Origin: Trichoplax adhaerens
Lineage: Eukaryota > Animalia > Placozoa
Length of the DNA: 64,000 bases
Direction: 5' to 3'
NCBI RefSeq assembly: GCF_000150275.1
Contig: NW_002060945.1
Coordinates: 7,569,684 to 7,633,683 of the forward strand
Shown piece after piece: positions 14,975 to 27,585 of the stretch (positions are counted from its first letter, which is position 1; each line of letters starts with the position of its first letter). Under the pieces are notes generated by a model. The model ran no database searches. It saw only the letters and a program-made list of their open reading frames with translations, and had not been told where the DNA came from. A program made the position numbers and the translations under genes.

Positions 14975-16150
14975 GAGGTATGCCGCATCAGAGTCAGAGA
15001 CTATTTTCCTGTATTATGCTTGAAGAGGAGAAAGTAGCCCGTGGACTACGGTTGCAGCCTTGCAGGTATCTGCATCAGAGTCACAGACTACTTTCCTGTA
15101 TTATGCTTGAAGAAGAGAAAGTAGCCTTTAGACTACGGTTGCAGGTTGTAGGTAGTTGTAACCTTGCAGGTTTCCCCATTAGAGTCACAGACTACTTTCC
15201 TGTTTTCTACTTGAAGAAGAGAAAGTAGCTCCAGGACTACGGTTAGCAGGTTGCAGGTAGTTGTAGCCTTGATGGTATCTGCATCAGAGTCACAGACTAC
15301 TTTCCTGTATTCTACTTGAAGAAGAGAAAGTAGCCTGTGGACTACGGTTGGTAGATTGCAGGTAGTTGCAGCATTGCAGGTATCCGCATCAGAGTCACAG
15401 ACTGCTTTCCTGTATTCTGCTTGAAGAAAAGAAAGTAGCTCGTGGACTACGGTTGGCAGGTTGCAGGTATCCGCATCAGAGTCACAGACTACTTTCATGT
15501 ATTCTACTTGAAGATAAAGCAGCCCCTGGACTACGGTTGCAGGTTGTAGGTAGTTGTAGCCTAGCAGGTATCCGCATCAGAGTCACAGCTGCTTTCTTGT
15601 ATTCTATTTGAAGAGAAAGTAGCCCGTGGACTACGGTTGCAGGTTGCAGGTAATTGCAGCCCCTTGAGGTATCTGCATCAGAGTCACAGACTACTTTAAT
15701 GTATTCTACAGTACTTGAGAAAGTAGCCCCGGACTACGATTGCAGGTTGTAGGTAGTTGCAGCTTTGTAGGTAGACCTGTCAGAGGTTCGGTTCGAACTG
15801 CATACGAACCGTTTAAAGTCAGTTTATCCGTTTCGGTTCTGAGTTGTAGGTATCCGCATCAGAGTCACAGACTACTTTCCTGTATTCTACTTGAAGAAGA
15901 GAAAGTAGCCGTTGGTCTACGGTTGCAGGTAATTGCAGCCCCTGGACTACGGTTGCAGGTTGTAGGTATCCGCATCAGAGTCACAGACTACTTTCCTGTA
16001 TTCTACTTGAAGAAGAGAAAGTAGCCCTTGGACTACGGTTGGCAGGTTGCAGGTAGTTGCAGCCTTGCAGGTATCCTGATCAGAGTCGCAGACTACTTTC
16101 CTGTACAGTATTCTACTTGAAGAAGAGAAAATAGCTCCTGGTACTACAGT
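14975..16150. repeat. Satellite array, about 11 degenerate units of roughly 85-115 bp
   Basis: Repeated core ggtatccgcatcagagtcacagactactttcctgtattctacttgaagaagagaaagtagcccgtggactacggttgcagg with a variable number of ggttgca subrepeats. Confidence 0.92.
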
Positions 16151-16629
16151 ACTGTAGGCATGTGTCCAAGCTTTCACACCTAAACCAGACTATAATCGTC
16201 GCCTAATTAGTGTACAGAGCATCGTTAATGTGTGTTACTGAAACGTTCCATGGAGTACATATTGATACTACTGTATGATTGTATTAGAGGAAAAGCGTTG
16301 GCGAACTCGTTAGACTGCAACACCAAGAGTAGACGCAAGGATTGTACACAGCTCATCGAGTCCAAAACGACCATAGAATTTTTTTCCCTGGTCACTTTGC
16401 TGTGGCGTACGACTACTTTCGTACACTAATATGCCAGTGTAGACACGGCGAAGTGAGCTAACCAGCAAAAAAATATTTTCGTCATCAGCCTAAGGCTATT
16501 AGCAGCTAAGGGTCGTTCTTTAGCCATTGGTAGTTTTTTCTCTAGTTAGTCGTTCTTGTGCTACCATCTCCAGTGAGCTATATCGTTGAAATTGACAGCA
16601 TTGACATCCAGCAAATCTACAAGTTCATC

Positions 16630-19600
16630 ATGGTACTGTATATCGCGATTGCTTTGATTGCTGTTGCAGCATACATTTTTCTATTCACCAAGAGAGGTAG
16701 AATTAATGGTATACGCGAAAAGTATGTCTTAGTCACTGGATGTGACTCTGGCTTTGGCCTTTTACTCACCGAACAACTTGATAGACTTGGAGTTAAAGTT
16801 TTCGCTGCTTGTTTGCTACAAAAATCTGTCGATGAAATTGGTCAGAAATACTCACATGCCATTCCATTTACAATGAACGTGACAGATAGTGAAGATATTC
16901 GCAAAGGTGTAGCGTTTGTAAAGCAAAAGTTACCGGAAAATGAAGGATTATGGGGTGTAGTCAACAATGCGGGTGTAGTTGGATGCGGCTATGCTGAATG
17001 GTTAACGCGTAAAGATTTTATGAAAGTCTTAGATGTTAATCTGTTAGGAGTTATTGATGTAACTGTACAATTTCTCCATCTTATACAAAAGGCAAAAGGA
17101 CGTGTTGTCAATATAGGCAGTCTCCTAGGCAGGCATCATGAAACTTTCGCCGCACCTTATGTAGTTTCTAAGTTTGGTGTATTAGGTTTCTCAGATTCAT
17201 TACGAATGGAAATGAGGCCATTTGGAGTATCGGTTCATAACATTTGCCCAGGCTATTTTCAAACTGGACTTGTTCGTAGTGCATCAGATATTATGCGCCA
17301 CTTTGAAGCTACGTTGGACAAAGAGCTTATTTCTCGTTATGGCAAAGAGCATATGAAAGAATGTAAGTACATTAATCGTGATTGAATTCAGCTTTTAAAA
17401 TTTCTGCAGGGTGCTATTGCTTAGTACAGTGTCGACAGTACATCTGCACGGCTAAATGATTGTAAATTTGGAACTAATATTGATTAACATAAAATTATTG
17501 TAGAATCATCTTGTGCTATCCATTGCTGACTTCGCAGGCTTATTGTATAGTATACATTTACTATAATTTGTAGCAGATAACTATAATTAGTATTGATTGA
17601 TACTGTATAAATAACTTTCATCATCTTAGATTCATATTGGATTGCATAATACTGTCGATCCAACCACTTCAACTTCGATTTTTCATCGGAGCAGTTTAGC
17701 AAAGTGTAGAAGATTCTATGTTAAAGTGGTTGGGCTTTATGCACAGTTTACGCAGAGTCTAGTATTATTAAATTACTGGCTAGCGTAAGCCTGATGTTCT
17801 GCACAAAACATGTTCACTAGAGTTAACAGTTTAGAGGTTAAAACTTTAGGATCAAAGTACTTTTGTCGTTTTAATTAAAGTCGACGAGGACCATCTACGT
17901 TTACTGTAATGCTGATTCCGGAGGTATACATAGTTTTCCCCTCGCACTCTCCGTTTGACTGTGATGCTATTAAATTCATATTAAATTGCACAGTTACTAT
18001 AGATCTAATCATTTCAACATAGATTTTCATCGGAACAGTTTCAGCCCATTCTTGGTTATTCACTGTAATTTTTGTGGTTTGGTGGTGTATACTCAGTTCT
18101 TTTTCATTTTGGTATATAGTAAGCGCCCCTCTAAACCTACGTATACTGCAGTCGAGTAGTAAAATATAATGTAGTGGAATTCGTTGATAGTGACGGCATT
18201 TACAGCAATATTGTATATATATATATATGTACAGTTCATACAGAAATAGAATTATTCTTGACCTGAGTACCACTAATTAGTCTATACCTAATTGCAGAGT
18301 GCTAAGAATCGTCGGTAATGTTATAGCGAATTTCTTCATGATACTTTTATTATTTCGAATTTCGTACAGTATGATAACTTGTATCATGCATAGCGTCAAT
18401 GGAGGCCGCGACAACAAATACTTTCTCAACAGTAAATGTCCATATCTCGTTTACAGCAATATTGTATATATGTACAGTTCATACAGAAATAGAATTATTC
18501 TTGACCGGAGTACCACTAATTAGTCTATACCTAATTGCAGAGTGCTAAGAATCGTCGGTAATGTTACAGCAAATTTCTTCAAGATACTTTTATTATTTCG
18601 AATTTCGTAGTATGATCACTTGTATCTTGCATAACGTCAATGGAGGCCGCGACAACAAATACTTTCTCAACACTAAATGTCCCTATCTCATTTGCTCAAA
18701 GTGAGCCATATACACTATATAATTATACAGTATTGTATCATTACGTATAATTAATTGATAGCACAAAACTACAACACGTTAAGCTTAGCTAACAGTAAAT
18801 CTGCAATTCTACATGCTTCATTGTTCCATTTGTTATTCCCTAACGAGTGCAAGCGGAGCTAAGCACAGTAAATTTGCAATTGTACATGCTTCATTATTCC
18901 GTTTGTTATTCCCTAACAAGTGCAAGAGGAGCAATTCTCACTGAATTTGTCGTTACTGTACTACCCATTCAATAATTAAACGATCTCAGACGCGCTAACG
19001 TCCATATCATTAAATCATCTACGCATAAATAGACGGTCATAGTCAGAATCACTAGTTGTACCTAAAATTCATGCATTGGACTAATCGTATTGATTACCGA
19101 AGGTTTAGATCTTTTCATCTTAGAAATTGAAATGCAGACTAAATATAGAATCTTTTTAACCTGTAGCTCTTAATCCGGCAGCAATGTACGGTACACACTT
19201 ACTGATTTTATTACCAAAGTACTGTATATCTTTTCAGCATATCCAATGCAAACCTTTGTAAAGCATTGTAGTGTATGGGTTCTTGACTCTAGGTTCGCAA
19301 TTTCAGTTGTTTTATAAATATATTGTACATTTGAACCGTTTCATCATTCTAGCCATGATGAATATTTACTTTACTTTATTTAAATAAGACATGCAATTCT
19401 ACACTGCATACTCTACTATCACCGTATTTTCCTAACACATAACTACTACAATTCGCTAAAATCATTCCAGGCATATTAATGATTCATTTACGAAATATTT
19501 AAAAATTCTATTGCAAATGTTTATATACAGGTAGATATGATTAATGAATTAAGCTAAATGATACTTTCAAGCTCTCGAAGAGTCAATGCAGCGTACAGTA

Positions 19601-19964
19601 TACTGTACAATAGAATCAACAGTGTACATAAAGCTTGCTCATGTTGTTATAAATAGTGCAGTGATTTGATAATTAAATCGTAATGCGTATGAAGATATCT
19701 TTAGGTAGTTATTGATTTAAGTAATCTCACTTTCTCTTTACAGTAATAGAAGCCTGCGATGCTTCGTACAGCTTGTCGAATCCAAATATATCACTGGTTA
19801 CGAACGCGATGGAAGATGCACTTTTGTCTTCAAGGCCCAAAAATTATTACTATATTGGCCTGGACTTTTACCTTGGGCATTTAACGTCGTTCCTTCCAAT
19901 CGAAATTGGTGATTGGCTATTTCGCAAAATTTTCCCATTTCCATCGGCGAAACCATCAGTATAA
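16630..19964 (+). CDS. SDR9C-like dehydrogenase, copy 3; exons 16630-17362 and 19744-19964
   Basis: MVLYIAIALIAVAAYIFLF TM segment, TGCDSGFG, NNAG, YVVSK. Phase-1 intron GAAT|gtaagt...tacag|TA; C-terminal exon MEDALLSSRPKNYYYIG...KPSV*. Confidence 0.92.
18199..18692. repeat. Intronic tandem duplication of about 240-250 bp
   Basis: tttacagcaatattgtatata...gtacagttcatacagaaatagaattattcttgacc...ggaggccgcgacaacaaatactttctcaac occurs twice, head to tail. Confidence 0.9.
18791..18932. repeat. Short ~75-bp tandem duplication
   Basis: acagtaaatctgcaattctacatgcttcattgttccatttgttattccctaacgagtgcaag is repeated with a few substitutions. Confidence 0.8.
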
Positions 19965-22134
19965 ACGGGTTGCGACAAGTCTCCACTATTTTTTATGTTC
20001 TTCAATCCCGTATAAATTAATTTGATCGTAGTACTTTAGATTTTGGGTGAAGCAAATAGGTATTTCTACTGGAGCTATGTCGCCACTTGCATCATTTATA
20101 ATGAACTTATTTATATCAATTGGTAAATGTAGTACTTTCGTGACTGTTTGCGATATGGTTCTTTACAATATACTTTACACTAAACTTGTATTATGCGGTA
20201 TAAATATCCCCTGCCCTTTGTAGGAATACACTATGCAAGGACATTGAATATTGTTTGTCTTTATATTTATAAGTACGTTTTGTTTGAACTTTATGAAAAG
20301 TCAAAATCGACACGTACAAATTTGTTAGAATTTTTACTCAATACTACGGATTAATCGATATTATGAAACCGCTTAGCTGATATGAGTTACTGCATACAAC
20401 TAACTAATTAATGTTATTGTTTTGAATAGTGCACACCAGGTTTGTCAAAATATCATTTCGCAATGGTGCTAAAATTTAAGAATTTGATATAAATTCGTGA
20501 TTTCTGTGTTTGCCTAACTGTAAAAGTAACAAACATATGCATATAATATTTGGAAAGAATGTGTGCTCACCAAAATTAAAGATTTATAAAAGTGTATAGT
20601 TCTGTTTACTACCGCTTCCAAATTTGGTTTCTGCGTATTAACCATATTCGACCTCTTTCGAGGATAATTGTAGTCATTATTCTTCTAGAATGGAGAAATC
20701 TTTCGTGACAATGTCAGTGCTTTACCAGTACAGTAGAGTGTGTTGTATCAGCTTTCGTATTTTAATCAGAAATAGACTGCGAGATGTAAGGAGATACAGT
20801 TTGATTCAGACTGCAATTGCAGATATGCCAAGATATACTGCAATGACTGGAGGGTATAGCCGTTACCAAAATCCTTTCAATTTTTTTCCTTGTGAGCAAT
20901 CATGCACGTACTGTAATGCATGAAGAATGAGTTTTAACTTTGAAGCAGCTCATTCCTGTAAGCATGCCAGGAAATTTTAATGTATCCTTTCTCTGTACAG
21001 GGCACAGTATGCCCGCACAGTTCAGCAATTAGCGGATTTTACCATCTTGGCTTTGCCTGTGTTGAAATTTTGAAGTAGGACATTTATGTTGTAAGAACTC
21101 TGTGTTACTATAGCATCATTACATCAATCATTCAATAAATTGCTGTCTCTGATAGACCAATCACAAGTTAAGTTAATATGGGTGATATCTAGCATAAGTT
21201 GAAACACTTGTTGTTAGTACAAAATTAAGTGGTGCGCAATGAACTCTAATGTAGTTATGGCTCATTAGCATCATTTCAAGAAAATCAACAGGTCATTCAA
21301 TCAAGTAAGTATAGTAATCTTACAATGCCACAAACTGCAAATTATCAATACTTAGTAAACTGGCTTAACTTGTACATACAGTACGTGTAACTTGTGAAAT
21401 ATTTTGTTATAATACCTTGCTCAAATGGCTCGATATCATTATTGCATGATTGAATTACATTAATATTATTCTACGTACAAACTAGTTTTACAGAAATGTC
21501 AATGTAACTCTTCTTATTTCTTATTCACTTTATCGTTCTTGTTTTCAAGATGATGCCCGACTATCTCTATCTACTGTCTATCATAGGTACTTCTTCTAGT
21601 ACGACCGATTGCTGTACGTGTATGAGTGCATTGGCAAGTCGCAAGGCTTGGAAACCTGAGATGAGAGCTTAGGCCATCTTGTTTGAGTACTAGTGAATTT
21701 AATGAATTTGAGTACAGTTTGTACAAACACTCATACTGTGCTATACTGAATGCAATGTTTGTCAGTTTTCAAACTTTTCACCATTAGTTAAGTTGTCGAA
21801 TGTCGACGCTGTGATGAATTGATTAACCGTAAAATAAAACGAATTAATCCTAGAATAAAATCTAATCTAATTTTACTGTTAATCCGACTGGCCAGCCGGT
21901 GACTGTAATTAAATTACTATATTGGACAGCAGCGCGTAGTACAGTACAGAAGGCAATCGCAATTTTCTGTGTATGGTAGGGCACTTTTGCAAGCAAGCAT
22001 TTGTAGACATAACTCACAGTATTCAGACATTATTATAATTATTTATTTGTTTTTGCTTGTTGTTGAAGTCTGTACGTACCTTGTGTCCGTCGGTTGAAAC
22101 CGAACCAGGACAAACAGCAATCTGCAAATTCATC

Positions 22135-24400
22135 ATGGCGCTATATATCGCGATTGCTTTGATTGCTATTGCAGCATACGTTTTTCTATTCACCAAGAGA
22201 GGTAGAATTAATGGTATACGCGAAAAGTATGTCTTAGTCACTGGATGTGACTCTGGCTTTGGCCTTTTACTCACCGAACAACTTGATAGACTTGGAGTTA
22301 AAGTTTTCGCTGCTTGTTTGCTACAAAAATCTGTCGATGAAATTGGTCAGAAATACTCACATGCCATTCCATTTACAATGAACGTGACAGATAGTGAAGA
22401 TATTCGCAAAGGTGTAGCGTTTGTAAAGCAAAAGTTACCGGAAAATGAAGGATTATGGGGTGTAGTCAACAATGCGGGTGTAGTTGGATGCGGCTATGCT
22501 GAATGGTTAACGCGTAAAGATTATATGAAAGTCTTAGATGTTAATCTGTTAGGAGTTATTGATGTAACTGTACAATTTCTCCATCTTATACAAAAGGCAA
22601 AAGGACGTGTTGTCAATGTAGCAAGCCTCCTAGGCAGGCATCATTCGACTTTCCTATCATCTTATGTAGTTTCTAAGTTTGGTGTATTAGGTTTCTCAGA
22701 TTCATTACGAATGGAAATGAGGCCATTTGGAGTATCGGTTCATAACATTTGCCCAGGCTATTTTCAAACTGGACTTGTTCATGGTGCAACAGATAATATG
22801 ATTCGTCTTGAAGCTACGTTGGATAAAGAGCTTCTTTATCGTTATGGCAAAGATCATGCGAAAGAGCGTAAGTATATAAATCGAGATTTGTTGAAATTTT
22901 TAAAAATTAGTCTTGTAGGGCGTTATGCGAAGTGTTCACAGCTTGGGGTTAAAATGATTGTAAATTGCAGAATAATAAGTAATAGATCAAATCACTATCA
23001 TATTAAAACAAACAAATAATCTTCAACACGTAAGCTAGCGAACTTTTTGGTAATACGTCATGATTGAATGTTATGCATAGCTGACTTTTCGCCTGCAACT
23101 TATTTGCAACAAATAATTACGAGTACAGTAGAATAAGAATTGATACAATAACTCTCCTTTCTAAGAATTGACGGTACTGTATACGCGTATGTTGAGAAAT
23201 AATATTTTGATTAGTGATTATTAATTATTGTATGATAGTTTTTCGGATAATCAATTAATTAATACTAGTTGAGCCCGCTCAGTGCGTTCTACCTTCATTT
23301 CGACTCTCTGCATCACATCAGCAGAAGCAACGAAAAGGAACATGTGGAATATATTCCTATTTCCTTGCTTGAGTTAAGTGTGAATCGTATATCATTTCGA
23401 ATAATGGCATTACGCGCATTTTAAAGATTAAATTACTTACTATAATTAAAAGATGACATACCACGAAATAGGGCGATCGTTCGTTTTTAGTAGTCCTGAA
23501 CTATAATATGCAATATATTAAGTTGGATACAGATCAGCATATTTCATTGCTTCATTTGGTAGGTCTTACCTCGTAACATAGGTAAGTAAAGTTGAATATT
23601 TTTCGGATAATTTGATTATTATTACTATTACTCATTAAAAATTAGTTGATCTCAGATGTAGTAACGTCTATGTATGAACTGCCTGCACAAACGGTTATAG
23701 CCAGTCATTAATCGTAATGGACTAATCATATGGAATGTATATGTATAATTAATTATTATTATAATTATCTAAGATTTATATACGCGCACTTTCGTTGAGA
23801 AATTTGGAATAAACACTGAGTGTGAAATTGCTGTATATCCCTTGAACTTCAATCAAGTAACAATGTATATGCCATATACACACTTGTAGAACGAACGTCT
23901 CTTAATTTATCCATGCAAACCCTTTTAAAGCACATTCCATAAAGATATAAAAAACCTTTACATCTTTGTATATTTATTTATGTAATTATTTAGTCTAAGC
24001 TGAATGACAATATTATTGAACTATGGAAGAGTTCAACACTGTATAGAATGTAACTTATAAAGGATGCTATTATTGTTATCATATGCAGTAGTGGTGCAGT
24101 GGTTCGATAAATTGTAACGCGTATGGAGATTTCTTTAAGTAGATTCTGATGTAAGGTAAATCTCACTTTCTCTTGACAGTAATAGAAGCCTTCAAAGAAG
24201 TGTATACTTTGTCCAATCCAAAGATATCGTTGGTCACCGACGCGATGGAAGATGCACTTTTATCTTTAAAGCCCAAAAATTATTACTATGTTGGCCTGGA
24301 TTGCCTCCTTGGGCATTTGATATCGTTCCTTCCAATCGATATTGGCGATTGGTTATATCACAAGATTCTTCCCTTTCCTCTGGCGAAACCGTCAGTATAG
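22135..24400 (+). CDS. SDR9C-like dehydrogenase, copy 4; exons 22135-22867 and 24180-24400
   Basis: Same motifs and intron phase as copy 3 (GAGC|gtaagt...gacag|TA); ends PLAKPSV*. Confidence 0.92.
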
Positions 24401-25856
24401 ACAGGTTGCACACAATTTATGTGTAGTTTAATCCAGTATGAAATAAATTGATTTTAGCACTGTAAGGTTATATCGAAGCAAATTTTTCAACTGAAGCTGT
24501 GTCATCACTTGCATAATTGATATAGAACAAGTTTTATTTGCAAAAGTTGATAACAAACACAGTGAGTAATTGTGATGTGAATTTTTATGATTTACAGCGA
24601 ACACATACTACACGATATAAAGCAGTGCTCATACTTGCAGGAATAAACTGCATTGTGCAATGACATTGGATGTTATTTTTTAATTAATTATGCAGGACTA
24701 CTTTATCTGGACTTTTATAACGACTTGTATTAAAGCGCAGAGTGTGTATGATTTGTTTGAATTTTTCACCTTAAACGCAATAGCTCAAGTTGATATCATG
24801 TAGCCATTTTTTAGGTGGGTAGAAGGTGAGTAAAGTGGCATAAATTCAATTTTAAACTGCATTTGCCAGGTATTAAACTGTAGTAAATTAGCTATTTGTG
24901 TTGTTTCTTACGGTTACTACCTTACTACTGTTCCCTTTATATTCACTTTCAGTACGATTTTGTTTCCACAATGGAGTTTATTGATAATCGAATATTCATT
25001 AGCGTACAATTGAAACATGAGCGAATTACGACAATAAAAAGAAAAAATGTCACAGATTGTGAGTTGTGTTGGAACTGTTATACTATTAGTTATTTATGAA
25101 GCAAAGGATAGTAATCACTTTGCAGGATAAAGTGGTTGTGTAAGAACTGTAAAATACTAGAGAATCACTAAAATTGATATAATTTGTTAAAAAATAATCA
25201 ATAGGCCTTCCAACCACCTGTACTAGTTTAGTTTTAATAGTAGAATATGATAGCAGGCAGATAGGACAAAGTTAAAATTCATTTACAGCAATGCTATCTT
25301 TACATGCAATATACTGTCGCATCTTCTCGTAATCATTAGAATAGTTATACGGAACATTCGTTCACAAATTGAAGGTTTGCAAAGTAAAGCAATTGTAAAA
25401 ATCTGGGATAGACTTCAGCTATGAGTCGATGTCCTACTATTTATAAATGGAACTCTGTAATATCTAATAACGACAACGACGTCTAATTAGCTAGCTGGTA
25501 AAGAAAATTGTAAAAGCTCTCTCTCAAGGAGCACGGACGGTATCGCAGTCATTGCTCTCTACCCATATTTTGTAGATTGACTACAGGGATTTACGCTACA
25601 CAGTAGAACCGCAGTCACCGTACTTTACTAAATTCCGGACACCCAGTGATTTGAAACTATGAAGTATCCTAGGATTGTCTTTACTATTATTTATTTATTA
25701 TTAAACTAAACCTAATCAAACCCTTACCATTCGTTACTAGCCCTGAACTCGGCCCCTAACCTTATTAGGCTTTATAAGTCAAATTTAAAATTTTTTGACA
25801 ATCCTTGAATTGGTTAGTCCCTGTCCTTGGATAGTGCAACCTCATACAGTAGTACG

Positions 25857-26640
25857 ATGAGTGCGGTATCTACAGCCTCTTTATTTTTCAATTTAGTTTA
25901 CAATCCAGTACATCAAATGAATGTTTATAACGAACATACCGGCATGCAGCAACCTAATTACTTGTCGTTTTCGGGAGGCATGGAAGCTTTCAATCTACAA
26001 GGTGGCTTTGGCGAAGCGTATTGCCCCACTGATATGTCTCCCCCAATGCTATTTAACCCACATTACGTAAGTTATACGTCAAATTTGAACCCACATTGAC
26101 TTGAAGACAGATGAATACTACCTGCTACGTTGATACTATAATCCCTCCATTTACTGGATGATGATTTTGTAGGAATAAGATTCTCACTTTTACCGTAATA
26201 TCTATAATTTCGTTTAGGTTCCTGGCTATGTTACTACCTCAGTTGGTCCTTGCTTTCCAACCCACCCCACCTCCATACGTAAGTTTGAAAATAATACCGA
26301 TATACTTATCCATTTTACTAAAACCCTTTGCATTGGTAGCAGCCCTCTATGGTTGGATTTCAAGCAAACACAAATGTTCCTCAATCGCCAGTGCCGTTTG
26401 CTCATGTAATACAGATGACGGAAGTGTAAAATTAAAAATTCTTTTTGGAGTATCATTTCTCTAGTGTAGATCGATTTTTATATACAGTATCTTATGCCTT
26501 ATTAGTAGACCTAGTAACACAAGTTCTATTTCACGACTTAAATTAACAGCGTCATCGTAAATCGTAATTTTTCCCTTTGTCAATTTGTTAACGATTCCTT
26601 TGTAAATTTCTCAATAGCAGGACCTTGGATCTTGCCGTGA
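25857..26640 (+). CDS. Small spliced orphan Pro/Gly/Tyr-rich protein; exons ~25857 (or 25917)-26066, 26218-26278, 26618/26621-26640
   Basis: Two consensus gtaagt donors (26067, 26279) and pyrimidine-rich acceptors keep the frame: ...DMSPPMLFNPHY|VPGYVTTSVGPCFPTHPTSI|PGPWILP*. Start uncertain; family not recognised. Confidence 0.5.
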
Positions 26641-27585
26641 AAGAAAATCAGTCCGCTGTCGCTCTCAAGGGAGAGCAAGGCGTAGTGATGTGCTGTGAAT
26701 GCCAACTTATATTAGCTAGGAGATAATTAAGGAGTCAAGGAAATGATGCATAGCCAATTACACTTTTATCTCTAAGACTATCTTAAAAATTACCCTCTCA
26801 GAGACAATTGAAACTAATTCAATTCTTAATTTAAGTAAAGATTGTCTGCATTATTTCTCCTGTACATCACGTACCACTGTAATCCTTGATGTGATACATC
26901 CACCATCTATAGAGCGGTAATTAATCAAATATAACCAATAGTAATTGTGGATATCACCGCAATTAGTATAGTAAAAACTTGATCTGTGTACACCTAATTT
27001 TAACCACTTGAATGTCGACACATTGAAAATAAATGAAGATGCTTATGCGTCCAATCTAAAGCTTTGAGAAGTACAAAATGTACAATTGATTATTGCTTTG
27101 CGTAAATCGTACCTAAAGCGATGCTATGGGTTGAGTTAACAGAGGATAGATAGACTTTTCTCATAATTCAATAGCAGGTTCGTTTTATTTGCTTGAATCA
27201 CAAGTAGCTTCTGTACAATTCATAGTTGCAATTGCTTAATGATAGTAAAGACCGGAGAAAAATTATGAATAGCAGTACTTTGGCTAGCATTACTTAAACG
27301 ATATCAATATCGTGCAGTAGATTCCTGAAACAACATTACTGTTTACATGGAAGTTTGATCGAAGTTTACGAAGTCGACAATCACGTACCAACAACGTTTG
27401 ATACAGTCGGATACGTACCGTGGAGGCTAATAAACTATACTCTACTAGCGTCTGTTGCTATGCGTAGACACATTTTATAGAAACAAAATTGGAACTAAAT
27501 TTCATGATATACAATAATAAAAAAGTATTGCATCCATTCTACTGAATAGTGAACGCTAGATACGATGAGTGCAAGATTCTCTGCA

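Noticed and set aside
14953-16177. ORFs within the satellite
   Set aside because: Translations of tandem repeats in several frames on both strands.
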